Source: Paragordius varius
Taxonomy: Eukaryota; Animalia; Nematomorpha
Length of the DNA stretch: 64,000 bases
Assembly (NCBI GenBank): GCA_964247055.1
Contig: OZ176055.1
Coordinates: 9,424,001-9,488,000, forward strand
Direction: 5' to 3'
The notes beneath the pieces are model-generated. The model saw only the letters and a list, made by a program, of their open reading frames with translations. It was not told where the DNA came from and searched no databases. Positions 37,001 to 63,794 of the stretch are shown one piece after another (positions within the stretch are counted from its first letter, which is position 1; each line of letters starts with the position of its first letter). A program made the position numbers and the translations under genes.

Positions 37001-40000
37001 AAATATTATTATAGAACAAAACATAAAAAATAAAGGAGTAATATATCTTATTATTGCAATTATAATTCGGCTAATAACAAAATGAATTTATTGGGTGAAT
37101 TTTCGATTACTACAAGTAATCCTTGTCAAACGTAAAAAAATTAAAATATTAACGTATAAAGTAAAAATATTTATATTATAAACCTAAAAAAACATGTGTG
37201 TAATGTTATTAAGAAAAAAGTTTGTAATGTTATTTTTTATTTAGCAAACCGCATTTTTTTTAATTATATTTTTTTCTGGGTCACCATCTCTGGATTAGAG
37301 ATGTGGATTAATAAACCTAATTACAAATTTTACAATTGTATTGGCATATTTGAAAATAAATGATATGTTATTTTAATAAAACAAAAATATCAATCTTTAA
37401 TCTTTTTTTATATTTTGTCATTAACATTTTAGCCTTTAAAAAATTTAAAAAGAAAAAATTAAATATTACAAATGCCGATATAATGAGACCCAAGTGAAAT
37501 TTGTGGTTTTGGAAAGTGAACATTGACACTCCAATGTAACAAAATATGAAGTTTTCAATCAGGAAACTCATGAGTTCATAAATCTATGGGGGGAAAAACA
37601 AATTTTAATCAAAAATTCTTAAACAAAATTCTTAAATGAATATACATCTCAGTAATGCATTTTAATGGTTGCTTATTTTACACAACACTATAGTAGGGCA
37701 ATTTACAGGAGTGTATAGAAAAATTAAAAGAAATAAATTATTTATTCAACATTTTGTTGTTTTTTCCATAACTACTGTGTGTTGCAAATTGCCCTAAACA
37801 GTGTGAAATAAGCATCCATTAAAATGCATATATATATTTTACAGTTCAAATTCACTCAACAAAAATTAACCCTCGAACAATTCAAATTCACCCTTAAACA
37901 ATTCAAATTCGCCCTAAAAATAAATTATGTGTTTTCGAACTAATATAACTCATATATAATATAAAATATATCTTTATGGCATAGTATATTATTTTTTCAA
38001 TATCATATTAATACAAAATTTTATTTTTTAAAAATATATATAAATATTGGTAATTTTTAATCATAAAAAACATATAATATATTTGAGGGTGAATTTAAAG
38101 TGTTCAAGGATGAATATGAGGTGTAAATGGTATATTATATCTAATAAAAAAATAAAATTCAAAAAAAATTTGATATTTTTTATAATTCAAAAAATATTAT
38201 ATAAACTTGGCGTGTTCGAAGTTGACTATGTCTAGAGAGATTATGAAATGTATAATGGGCTTGGAAAATCCCAGCAAATAAGACAGCCACAATACCTTGG
38301 TTATGTAAAAATAATTTAATAATAATATTTCCAAAATAAAAAAATATTAAAATAAAAAATTCAAAATTTAATTTTAAATTATTTAATAAAAAGATTGTGC
38401 AATATAAATATTTTTTCCAAATAATACACCGTTAGTTTAGTTTTTAATTCAATTTTAACAAATATTTAAACATAATTTTTTTTTAAAATATACCAGAAAG
38501 TTCAGATACTTCGGCTATTAGAAATGTACTGTAGGACATAAGAAAAAACAGTGATGTTTCCAACAAAGGAAATTCCCGTATTTTCGTATATTTCGTCATG
38601 TATAATATTTTTTTATTACATAAGTTTTGAGTTAAGGAAATGATATATAAAGAATATATATATATATATTGGTTTATATAGATCTTTTAAATTATTAATA
38701 TATGGTAGAAAAAACTTTAAAAAAAATATATTTTTTCACTTTTTTCTTGCATAAATTTAAGTAAAAACACAAAAAATCAAATTTTCACACAATTTTTCCC
38801 TTTTAAAAGGATCATATAACTAATATTATAGCTTTTAATCTTACTAAACCCTTAAAAAATCCTAAATCTCTAAAAAATTAAATAAAATGTAATCAAAAAA
38901 AGGATATAATAGCCGTAACAAATCCCATTATAAATCCAATAGCAAGTGAGCCCATAAAAACCGTACAAAATCGCCAAAGAGTTTGTATGAATGAAGTTAA
39001 ATTTAGCTTGGAACCATCGGCACCAACGTATTTATCTATAGTGCTAATTATTCAAAGAAAATTTGTAAAATGATCTTTAAAAAATATGGTGTGGTTATAT
39101 TTGAAAAAAAAATTAATAAAAAATTGGAAATATATTTATTTATGAATCTTTAAAGTTTTCTATGCAATATATATTTTATGATTACGGTGGTTTGAAAATA
39201 AATTATATTTAGGTAAAACTTTATTATAAGTCTTTGAAGTCTTATTTGTAATCGTATAAATATGAAAAAATTATATATCGAATTTTGATCTTTTTTTGTA
39301 AATGTAAAAATAAAAGTTTAGTAATATTTAAATCATTTTAAATTTTTGTAATTATCCCTAAGAAAAAAATAAAAAATCATATTTTTTTAGCCTCAATACT
39401 TTCAATTATAAGATAATTTTTTTTATCAAAAAATATTTTAAAAAAATAGAATTCTTACAGGGCTAAAACCATGGCTATTGCATCGTTGAGGACACTCTCC
39501 CCAAAAACCAAAGAATACAAAAGCGAATCCACTTTAAGGTCATTAAATATTGCCAGGACAGTCACTAAACACAGTACATAAAAGGCAAAAACTATAAAAA
39601 GTTCTAAAAGACTAATAACCTTTTATATATATAAAAAAAATGACAATTATATTTTTTTAATTCTTAATTTTTACAATGTAACTTATCGTTTTGGGTTTCA
39701 AACATAAAGCATGGATATGTATATTGGTAAAACAATTGCACTAAGAGTTATTTCTAATTCAAAGTTTAAAAAAGTATGGCTAATATATTTTTTTCTACTT
39801 TTTCTTTATAATTTAAATTCTTACTTTAAAATTAAACAGACAAAAGGTAAAAATGAAAAGACTAGTATTTTTTTATCAAAAACTGAATATTTTAGATCCT
39901 TGTTATATTCCATATATCTTAACATAAATGATAACAATTGTATGTATATAAATAATTGAGTAAATTACATTAATTAATACCTCGATTCCCTATTTTTCAA

Positions 40001-42074
40001 AACAATTGGCTACATTAAACAAAAATTTAAACTTAAAAATTATGGTTGGTCTATCTTTTATAATTTCCATTCTTTACTGTAAAAAAAGGATTTTATTTAA
40101 TTTTTATGAAAAATTTTATTAAATTTTAGGAAAATAAGAAAATTTTTTTAAAATAAAAACCAGGATCAGTAGCTGATATGGTTGCTCCAAAGAACAAGCA
40201 ATCACTAAAACGAAATCCCAGGGAAGGCCAAATAAGCGTTAGGGCAAATAATAGACTCCTGTATAAAAAAAACTATTATATAATAAAAATTTAAATGATA
40301 AAACTCTTAAAATACTACTTTTTAAATAATTTTATTTTCCATTGCTTTATTAATATAAATATTCGTAAAAATATTTACAAAAATCTTGGTTTATATTATC
40401 CTCTGATTCAGAAAATATTAAATGATTCAAACAAAAAATAAATAAATAAATTTAATTATTAGGTTTTACAAAAAAAGCTAAAATGACATTTTTTAATTAT
40501 AAAATTTTATACCATAAAAAATCCTTTTTAATAATAAGAATTCTTCTAAATTTATGACATACCCTGAAACGAAGGTTGATATTACAGTACCCACAAATGC
40601 AAAGGTGATTATAGTACCAATATTATTGAAGAAATTAACCTAAAAATAAATTTTATAATCTTTATTTAAGTCATATTTTTATGCATACAATAATATATAT
40701 TGGCATTCAAAAATTATATTTAAAATACAAAAAAAGATTGAATAATTAGGCTTATTCAGGGCAAATAATGATAATATTCTTTCGAATAACTTAAAAATAA
40801 AGTTACATATAATATCACAGATCCAAATAGAATGTAAAACAATATATATGTCATGTGTTTAAATTACACAGTCTTATATTATAATATCTAAAATTTCTTT
40901 AAAAATATTGGTGGGCATGGCAAAATATATAAAATTTAAATATGGAATATCCTTAAACATATATATCATTATCAATTATCAATTATTTTTTAATTATTTA
41001 ATAGGCACTTTAATTAGGCTTAATTTTAAACTTAATTTTATTAATTTAAAATGCGTCAATCTATCTATTTTGCTATATAATATAAATAGTATATAAAAGG
41101 GCTAAAATATACCCTATTTAAGCTATAACCGGCATTGAATATGATTGGCGGCAATAATACGTTAAAAAAGACTTCAGGATCAAACGTTAACTAAAAAAGC
41201 GAAAATATAAATGTATAAATTAAAAACAATAATTTAAACGATGCACCAATTTTAATTGAAAAAAAAGGCATTTTTGATTAATTTAAAGCAACACACTTCA
41301 AAGATATTAAAAACAATCAATATTTCTATTCAAACCATTCATTTAAGTAAAAATGTGCTAATTTATAAACATGTTAAACGAATTTTTAATAATTTCATTT
41401 AAATTACTTTTTCCAAAGAGAGTTTTATTTAACACAACACTTTTTCAAGCAAACACACTTTATTCAAAAAAAGTTTTTTAATTAAAAGATGACTTTTTAA
41501 ATTAAAATTTGATGACTTATAAATATTTTTTCAAAATGGTTAAAAATTATGTTTAATACCTTATTTTCTAAATCAGTATCTTCGAGTGAATTGGCATTCG
41601 CTTTGTACAAAACTTTATTGGTAAGTTTGTAGCCAAACACCGAAAAGTTTACAAAGTTCCCATGCAGGGAAAGTAGGAGGTTAGTTGGGAAAAAGTCAGC
41701 CGAATAATTCTTAGAACCACGCATTAATTGCACTTTAGCCGTCAGAGTTTGACTAGAGAATTTATCTTTCTTGATTCCATACTTTATGATTGAGCCACAT
41801 ATAAGACCTAAGTAATTATTATAAAAAATGCTACAAAACCATAAATTAAGGCAAGACCAGTTTCATGAAGGTAAGGAATGCGTCGATGTTTAAAGAGCCA
41901 AACTGTGAGCAATGTTGCAATGAGTAAGATATTAAAGATGAGTAAATTAAGATTATCGAGAATGTGCTGTTTCTTGACTAGTTGTTCAAAAATTAAATCA
42001 TAAGTTTGCGTTCGATGCAAGGGAACCAAGGCAGACATAATCAATCCTGACATAAAAATCCAAAGCGTTTTCAT
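32550..42074 (-). CDS. SLC9A6/7: Endosomal Na+/H+ exchanger (SLC9A6/7/9, Drosophila Nhe3-like), complete, ~16 exons
   Basis: Exons encode [69 protein letters not shown]...[71 protein letters not shown] and a final exon ending at 32550. Signal-peptide-like MKTLWIF at 42074. Confidence 0.93.
34410..34648. mobile_element. MITE with 21-bp subrepeats
   Basis: aaattcaccct(t)aaacaattc on the left, tgaattgttcaagggtgaattt on the right; same core as 8205-8419. Confidence 0.7.
35716..35904. mobile_element. ~180-bp palindromic MITE
   Basis: atgcattttaat..ttgct...cacac ... gtgtgaaataagcaaccattaaaatacat long inverted ends; copies at 37655-37829 and, partially, 49987-50149. Confidence 0.7.
35937..36507 (-). 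mobile_element. piggyBac-type MITE (571 bp), inverted relative to 13562
   Basis: TTAA|CACTTCGATTC ... TATCCAAGTG|TTAA. Confidence 0.85.
37655..38125. mobile_element. Adjacent palindromic MITE (37655-37829) and 21-bp-subrepeat MITE (~37840-38125)
   Basis: Homologous to 35716-35904 and to 8205-8419 respectively; the duplication boundary lies inside the first. Confidence 0.7.
38600..38907 (-). other. U12-type (minor spliceosome) AT-AC intron in the NHE gene
   Basis: 5' site GCTATT|ATATCCTTT, branch point TTTCCTTAAC about 30 nt from the 3' end, 3' site TAC|ATGACG. The join VTAI|MTKYTK is colinear with NHE6 VTAL-VTKFTK. Confidence 0.92.
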
Positions 42075-42106
42075 TTTTTTCTTGACAATCAATGCTGAAA
42101 TATTAA

Positions 42107-48370
<6,264 letters not shown>

Positions 48371-48865
48371 GATTTTTTTCTTTAAAAAAATAATTACGAA
48401 TGAGTTGAGATAATTGTTTATTATTATTATTAAAAAATTGCCAATTTCACAGTTAGTGCTGTAAAATACTGTAAGGGTTGGGTAGGTGGCAACGCTTATA
48501 ATTGAAAGTTACCATGATTTTTCGAATAGATGGTGTATAGTTTAGTCTAACTTTAAACTTTTTTCATGCTCCTTGGTAGATAAAATAAATGAGGGTTCTC
48601 ATGGTGCCTTGAATTTTGGACCCGAGTTACTTAACAAGAAATTTTGCTCAATAGAAATACTTAGAGTTAAAAAACATTTTTGGTACCTAAATGCTTTAGC
48701 CTAATAAATTGTATGAAAAAATATCTATGTTATACTTTACCCCTGAAATTTATGTTTTTGCATATTTAAAAACTGGCCCCCCTTGTTAATTCTTCATTTA
48801 AGATGATTTAGTCAGCACAATGGGGAATTAGCAGTATGACAGGGAATTTAATATATCATTGATAA

Positions 48866-49986
48866 CACTAGACAACAAATTTTAACTTTTTTTAACTGCC
48901 ATTCTTGTAAATTTAAAATTTATTTCATTAAAGTACATAATTAATATATCTGAGAAGAAAATTGGTCTTACATGGAAGATTTTTTTTATATTAGAGTTTA
49001 TCGATAATTTTTGGCCCCAATTTAACATTAAACTCGAAATTTCAAAAATTTAAAGTTTTAGATATGAAGCCAAGTATTTCATATCATTCGAAAGAGCGCA
49101 AAAAACTGCATCTTTTAAATGGTAATAAGTCATTTAAATCCATCGGATGTAAAAGTTATTTGGATTTAAATGGTCAAAATTTTTATTCCTTAAATAAGTC
49201 AAGAATTTTCACAGACTATCTAATTTGAAAATCATATAAATTATTTTAATATAATTATTAGGGTTATATTAGTATTTAATTAAAAAAAAATGTTTGGAAA
49301 GGCTTTTGGTTTGCTTTTTTAATAAAAATTATTATTATCATAAATATTTTACCTAGTGGATACTAAAATACATAGTTATAACTGTAAATTTATTACATAA
49401 TGGCTATAAAAGATCAAAAATACCTTAAACTTTGTTTTTATCTTTAAATTTTCGAAATTATCAGCCTTGTAAAGAAAATAAATTAATATTGATGAAAAGG
49501 TAATTTTTAAAAAACAAAAAACTTAAAAATGGCTGTTTTGAGTAACATAAAAGCAATAAAAAAAGTTTTAATCAAAAAAAACTTTTTTTGTGTTATCTTT
49601 TTTGGACATTCATCTCCATCTAAACAAAGTTTTAGCTATTTTCATCCATTAGTTTTAAAAATATAATAATTAAAAAAAATGCTCTCGCTTCGCGCGTTTG
49701 TCGCTCTTTGTGTCCAATATTAACTGTCGATGTAATACATATTAGTATACATTTTATAGAGTTTTTAATACTGTTTCGAATGATATATTACAAATGGGCA
49801 TTACTTGTATATCTTCAAAAAAAAACATTTTTTTAATTTTGATAAAGAGGGCGCATAATCAAAAAATCAAATTATACAAAATTCTTCCAACGAGTTATAA
49901 CTTTTATTTCAGATTTACTGTTAAAATGATATTAAATATCAAAAAATGCAAAAAACTCGAGTGTCAGAAAAATTTGTTGTCTAGTG
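48866..49986. mobile_element. 1.12-kb non-autonomous DNA transposon (piggyBac- or Transib-like ends) at the duplication junction
   Basis: Perfect inverted termini (TAA)CACTAGACAACAAATTT ... AAATTTGTTGTCTAGTG(TTA). Block B homology starts at the base after the right TIR. No transposase ORF. Confidence 0.75.
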
Positions 49987-50157
49987 TTATTTTACACAAT
50001 ACTATAGTAGGGCAATTTACAGGAGTGTATAGAAAAATTAAAAGAAATAAATTGTTTATTTAACATTTTTTTGTTGTTTTTTCCATACACTACTGTGTGT
50101 TGCAAATTGCCCTAAAAAAGTGTGAAATAAGCAATCATTAAAATGCATAATATCATT

Positions 50158-50385
50158 TACAGTTCTAATTCACCCTTGAACAATTCAAATTCGCCCTAAA
50201 AATAAATTATATGTTTTCGATATAAAATATATCTTTATAGCATAGTTTATTATTTCAGTATTATTTTATTTAAAAGAAAATTTTATTTTTTAATAATATA
50301 TATATATATGTTGGTAATTTTTAACCTTAAAAAACATATAATTTATTTGAGGGTGAATTTGGATTGTTTAAGGAATTTGAATTGT
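50158..50385. mobile_element. MITE with 21-bp subrepeats (duplicate of ~37840)
   Basis: tacagttctaattcacccttgaacaattcaaattc ... gagggtgaatttggattg. Confidence 0.7.
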
Positions 50386-50470
50386 AAATGGTATATTATA
50401 TCTAATAAAAAAAATAAAATTTCAAAAAAAATTTGATATTTTGGTATAATTCAAAAAATATTATTTAAAC

Positions 50471-53400
50471 TTGGCGTGTTCGAAGTTGACTATGTCTAGA
50501 AAGATTATGAAAGGTATAATGGGCTTGAAAAATCCCTGCAAATAAGACAGCCACAATACCTTGGTTATGTAAAAATAATTATTTAATAATAATAATTCAA
50601 AATAAAAAAATTTAAAATAAAAAATTCAAAATTTAATTTTAAATTATTTAATAAAAAGGTTGCGCAATATAATTATATTTTTCCAAAAAATACTCCATTA
50701 GTATAGGTTTTAATTCATTTTCAACAAATATTTAGACATAAATTTTTATGGAAAAAAATATTTAAACATAAATTTTTTTTGAAATATACCAGAAAGTTCA
50801 GATACTTCGGCCATTAGAAATGTACTGTAAGACATGAGGAAAAACAGTGATGTTTCCAACAAAGGAAATTCCCGTATTTTAGTATATTTCGTCATGTATA
50901 ATATTTTATTAGCACATAAGTTTTGAGTTAAGGTAATAATATATAAAGAAAATATATATTGGTTTATATGGATCTTTTAAATTATTAATATATGGTGAAA
51001 AAAACTTTAAATAAAATATATTTTTTCACTTTTTTCTTGCATAAATTGGGGGGGGGGTAAAATTTAAGTAAAAACACAAAAAAATCAAATTTTCACACAA
51101 TTTTTCCCTTTTAAAAGACCCATATATGTAAAAAATAGCTTTTAATCTTAAACTTTTGTAAACCCTTAAAAAATCCTAAATCTCTAAAAAATTAAATAAA
51201 ATGTAATCAAAAAAAGGATATAATAGCCGTAACAAATCCCATAATAAATCCAATAGCGAGTGAGCCCATAAAAACTGTACAAAATCGCCAAAGAGTTTGT
51301 ATGAATGAGGTTAAATTTAGCTTGGACCCATCGGCACCAACGTATTTATCTATAGTCCTAATTATCCAAAATAAATTTGTAAAATGTTCTTTAATAAAAT
51401 TTAAAATACAAAAACAAACTAGAAAATTGAAAATATATTTATTTTTGGAAAAAAAAATATGATGTATCTTTAAGTTTTCTATGAAATATATATTATATGA
51501 TTACGGTGGTATGAAAATAAATTATATTTAGGGAAAACTTTATTATACGTCTTTAGAGTCTTAATTGTAATTACATAAAAAATTATATATCAAATTTTGA
51601 TCTATATTATGTAAATATAAAAATAAAAGGTCTTGTAATATTTAAATCATTTTATATTTTTGTAATTATCCCTAAAAAAATGGAAAATCATATTGTTTTA
51701 GACTCAATATTTGGAATTATTATATATTTTTTTTACAAAAAAAATTGTAAAAAAATAAATTTCTTACAGAGCTAAAACCATAGCTATTGCATCGTTTAGC
51801 ACGCTTTCACCAAAAACCAAAGAATACAAAAGCGAATCCACTTTAAGGTCATTAAATATTGCCAAAACAGTCACTAATAACAGTACATAAAATAAATTTT
51901 TAAGGCAAAAATTATAAAAAATCCTAAAAGACTAATAAATTTTTACTATTAAAAAAGGGTGACATCTATATTTTTTTAATCTTAATTTTTTTAATGTAAT
52001 TTATAGTTTAGGGTTTCAAATATAAAAAATAGATAAATTGGTAAATAATAATAGTTAAATAAAATTCAAAGATAAAGGTATGGCTATATGTTTTTTTTTG
52101 TATTTTGTCTTTAAAATTATAGAGACAAAAGGTAAAAACCAAAAAACTAGTATTTTTTTATAAAGAACTAAATATTTCCGTTTCTTGTTTTATTCTATAT
52201 ATCTTAACTTAAATGATAACTATTGCATGTATATATAAAATTGGGTGATTACATCAATTATAACCTTATTTCTCTATAAAGGCAAAACAATTGGCTACAT
52301 TAAATGAAAAAAATTAAACGTAAAAATTATGGTTGTCTATCTTTTATAATTTCAATCTTTACTGTAAAAAAGGATTTTATTTAATTTTTTTGAAAGCAAA
52401 TTAATAAAATTATTTTAAATTTAAATAAGAAAAATTTTTTAAAATAAAAATAAAAACCAGGATCAGTGGCTGATATGGTTGCTCCAAAGAACAAGCAATC
52501 ACTAAAACGAAATCCCAGCGAAGGCCAAATAAGTGTTAGGGCAAATAATAGACTTCTGTATAAAAATTTAAATGATAAAACTCTTACAATACTATTTTAA
52601 AAGTAAATTTATATTCAATTACTTTTATTACAATATTATTTGGAAAAAAAGTTTTTAATAAATAATATAGATATTCGTAAAAATACTTATATAATATTGG
52701 TTTGTATTATCCTCTAATTCAGAAGAAAAGTTAAATAATTCATATATAAAAAATATATAAATAAATTTAATTATTAGGTTTTACAGAAAAAATAATTAAA
52801 ATGACATTTTTTATAAAATTTTATATCATGAAAAATCTTTTTAAATAATAATTATTCAAAATTTATGACATACCCTGAAACGAAGGTTGATATCACAGTA
52901 CCAACAAATGCAAAGGTAATTATCGTACCGATATTATTGAAGAAATTAACCTAAAAATAAATTATATAAATTATATTCAAATTTTATTTTATGGATACAA
53001 TATATATTGGCATTTAAAAAACTTATAATATATATTGGAATTCAAAAAACTTATAATTAAATAATTAGGCTAAATACAGCGCAAATATATATATTTAATA
53101 TAATACATATCCTTTATTTTAACAATAAAATTAATATATTGTAACAAATTATTCCTAAATATGGAATAAAATGTTAAACAATATGATTTCTGTCCTTACA
53201 TTATATAGCCTAATAAATACAATAATACTTCAAAAAAAATTATAAATATGGAAAATATTTTATATAAAAAATTTATTTAAAAAATATCAATAAAAACTTT
53301 CTTCAATCAAAAACGTAAATTTAAAAAATTTAATTCTATTTGATACGAATCTTAAGCTGAATTGAATATTAAATTATAATACAGTAAAACTGAAATTATG

Positions 53401-54709
53401 CAGACAAAACATAAAATATAAAGACAAATATTTTTTTCAAAAGACAACCATACTTTTTGGAATCTTGATTTTTTTTATATATATAACTCATTGTTTTAAA
53501 CTGCAAAGTATAAAATTGATATGTCTATCGGTAAAACAATCGATTATATATTTAACAATTGCATTTTTTTATAATTTATTTTAAAAAATTTAAGGTTTAA
53601 TGGTTGACTTTTGAAAAAAATATTTGCTTTATATTTTTACGTTTTGTCCGTATAATTTCAATATTATTAATTTAAAATACCTAATTATAAAAAATTTGCT
53701 ATATAACATAAATAGTATATAAAAGGGCTAAAATATACCCTATTTAAGCTATAACCGGCATTGAATATGATTGGCGGCAATAATACGTTAAAAAAGACTT
53801 CAGGATCGAACGTTAACTAAAAGTGCGAAAATATAAATGTATAAAAAATTAATAACAATAATATAAACGATGCACCAATTTTAATTAAAAAAAAACATTT
53901 TTGATTATAAAGCAACACACTTCAAAGATATTAAAAACAATCAATATTTCTATTCAAACCATTCATTTAAGTAAAAATGTGCTAATTTATAAACATGGTA
54001 AACGAATTTTTAATAATTTCATTTAAATTACTTTTTCCAAAGAGAGTTTTATTTAACACAAGACTTTTTCAAGTAAACACACTTTATTCAAAAAAAGTTT
54101 TTTAATTAAAAAAGCACTTTTTAAAAAATTAAAAATATGATGACTGATAATTTTTTTATTGCAAAAAGTTGTTTTTAAAATTATATGGATTACCTTATTT
54201 TCCAAATCAGTATCTTCGAGTGAATTGGCATTCGCTTTGTACAAAACTTTATTGGTAAGTTTGTAACCAAACACGGAAAAGTTTACAAAGTTACCATGCA
54301 GCGAAAGTAGGAGGTTAGTTGGGAAAAAGTCAGCCGAATAATTCTTAGAACCACGCATTAATTGCACTTTAGCCGTCAGAGTTTGACTAGAGAATTTATC
54401 TTTCTTGATTCCATACTTAATGATTGAGCCACATATAAGACCTAAGCAATTATTATGAAAAAATTCTAAAAAACCATAAATTAAGGCGAGACCAGTTTCA
54501 TGAAGGTAGGGAATGCGTCGATGTTTAAAGAGCCAAACTGTGAGCAATGTTGCAATGAGTAAGATATTAAAGATGAGTAAATTAAGATTATCGAGAATGT
54601 GCTGTTTTTTGACTAGTTGTTCAAAAATTAAATCATAAGTTTGCGTTCGATGCAAGGGAACCAACGCAGACATAATCAATCCTGACATAAAAATCCAAAG
54701 CGTTTTCAT
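50471..54709 (-). CDS. SLC9A6/7: Na+/H+ exchanger copy B: first 9 exons only, all open; no 3' exons of its own
   Basis: Same exons as copy A through [30 protein letters not shown]|gt (donor after 50471). No frameshift or stop found. The next exon (IYELMSF, starting at 37583) exists only once, beyond block A. Confidence 0.85.
50896..51221 (-). other. U12-type AT-AC intron, duplicate in NHE copy B
   Basis: ATT|ATATCCTTT 5' site, TACCTTAAC branch point, TAC|ATG 3' site. Confidence 0.9.
53382..53665. mobile_element. Tc1/mariner-like MITE present only in block B
   Basis: TA|CAGTAAAACTGAAATTATGCAGACAAAAC ... GTTTTGTCCGTATAATTTCAAT; absent from the homologous intron of block A (~40660-41090). Confidence 0.75.
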
Positions 54710-54742
54710 TTTTTTTCTTGACAATCAATGCTGAAATATTAA

Positions 54743-61544
<6,802 letters not shown>

Positions 61545-61899
61545 TGCATTTATTTTTATTTTACTATTTATTTAATTTTATATAATAAATTATTTAATTG
61601 GATATATGTTATCTGAAATTTAATTTGGTTAATGCTTTTTCATTTTGTTTTATTAGAAATGCGGTTTGCGTCGATACGTTTTTCATCTTTTGATGAAATT
61701 TACAATTAAATCGCTAACACTAAGTTTTTTCAGAGTTTTAAGGTTTAAACCCAAACATGTATTATTTGTATTACCTTTATACGATGCTAGTAAATGGCTT
61801 CTATTTAAAAAGTTTTTTAGGGTATTGATTTCTCTAATGCTCTAAATTAAACTAAAGATACCACTAACTGTAACGACTAATTCTTAACATCTCAAGCCT

Positions 61900-62520
61900 T
61901 CGTTAAAAACAATCATAATGTAAACAACCAATTAAAATTGGCACCATCACATATGTTATTTTATAAAATAATCGTTATTAGTTCCAACCATATTCTTGTC
62001 AAGGTGATCTAGCCACCAAATCCTACTCTAAGATTTAAAACCGGAAATATGTGTATTTCATCAGAATATTTTTATTTTCAATTGCGCAACCACATTTGAA
62101 GCTTTTTTTGCTGATAACAAGTTTATTCAATAAATTCATTATAATAATTAGAAAACGATGTGTAAAACTGTTAAAGGTATGCTATATAAACCTAATGTCA
62201 ACATTTACATGTTTATATTAGCGTGTTCGGTATCAAGAACTCGTAAAAAAGCATTAAACATATTTTGGCATTAAAAAAGATAATTTTTAAGCCCACTATA
62301 CAATGTTTCGATAAAACAGTATAATACAGTATGTACATTAGTTTTAGTCAACTCATATTATTGTTGGCCCACTGCTAATAGAATTGCATATGATATAAAA
62401 CAAATTTTGTCCATAATTACATAAAACTTACGGTTGTAAGATGGGAATGTCAACCATTCGTTTTTTTTACCCACATGCTATTGCATTACCAATTGTCTAA
62501 AATAACCGCAAATTGACCAG
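61900..62520 (-). pseudogene. Possible highly degraded piggyBac transposase remnant
   Basis: Broken minus-strand frames give SGPTII*VD, FKCGC...MKY and RIWWL in the order of the piggyBac PGPxxxVDE...FxGRC...KYGxKIWxL motifs. Weak, by-eye match only. Confidence 0.3.
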
Positions 62521-63117
62521 GCATACTGTAAATTATTTTAATTGCGTATTAAAAATCAGCTTTTTCTCATCATTCGAAACGTTATAAAAAAAATTTTTTA
62601 GTCGATAAATGCGCTTTTTTTAAATATCCAATAACAAAATGACTTAAGGGGGAATATTTAACACATAAAATATATATTACTATAAATACTTAAAATTGAC
62701 CATGGATGGAATGGCTAAAACTAATCGACTAAAATTTTTAACTCAACATTCTGCTTTTTTAAAGTTACTGTGAAAATTCAACATTTTATAACGCTTTTAG
62801 AATTATATATATATATATATATATATAAAATTTGCTTTTCCTAAACGGTCGTCATAAACCAAAAGCTTTCAAACCAATTCTGCTTAATTTAGTAATGTAT
62901 ACTTAGTCATACTGTAAAACGCTTTTTAAAATTATATGCATATTATCACCTTTCAAAAAATTGCTTTTCCAAAATTTTTAACATTCTTCCAACATCCACA
63001 TTGTTTTTTATATTACTTATTACTTACTATCTGATAATTTTTAAAACATTTTCGATAACGAATGCGTACAAGTTTTGGCCGTTAAAAAAACCGTTTCTCT
63101 GATTTTAAAATACCATT

Positions 63118-63525
63118 TACGGTTTAAATTCACCCTCGAAACGATTCGAATTCACTCTTGAACAATTCAAATTCACCCTTAAACAATTCAAAGTCACCCT
63201 CGAACGAATTCACCTTGAACAATTCAAAATCACCCTCGAACGATTCAAAATTCACTCTTGAACAATCCAAATTCACCCTAAAATAAATTGTTTTTTAAAC
63301 TTTAAAAATTACTTATATTTTTTTATATTTTTAAAAAATAAAATTTTGTATAAAATTAAAATAATACTAAAAAAATAATAAACTATGGCATTATGATATT
63401 AATAATGAGTTATATTAGCCCGAAAACATATAAAATATTTTAGGGTGAATTTGAATTGTAAGAGGGTGAATTTCAATTGTTCTAGGGTTAATTTGAAGTG
63501 TTTAAGGGTGAATTTGAATTGAAAA
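63118..63525. mobile_element. MITE with expanded 21-bp subrepeats
   Basis: About 7 copies of ttcaccct(c/t)gaacaattcaaa on the left and about 4 inverted copies on the right, around the family core. Confidence 0.75.
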
Positions 63526-63794
63526 TGGTAATCTTTTCATACCATTCACTAATAAATTTATTATTATTTTGGTGATGTTTACATCTAATTATGTAATACT
63601 AATATAAAATCATGTTAAATATTACCTTTTTTACTTTTATGCTGAAAGGAATATAAAACTCTTATTTGGAAACGGTTAAATATACATTAGAGAAATATTT
63701 TTGAATTTTTAAAGCCACACTATTTATTTATGCATAAAATATTAATTTATTCTCCATCCATATATTTTGAACGCGTTTTAAAATACTACTATTA

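Noticed and set aside
62500-62525. PGQFAV motif suggesting MnmA/TRMU
   Set aside because: Followed by a stop within a few codons, with no other TRMU motifs or exon structure.
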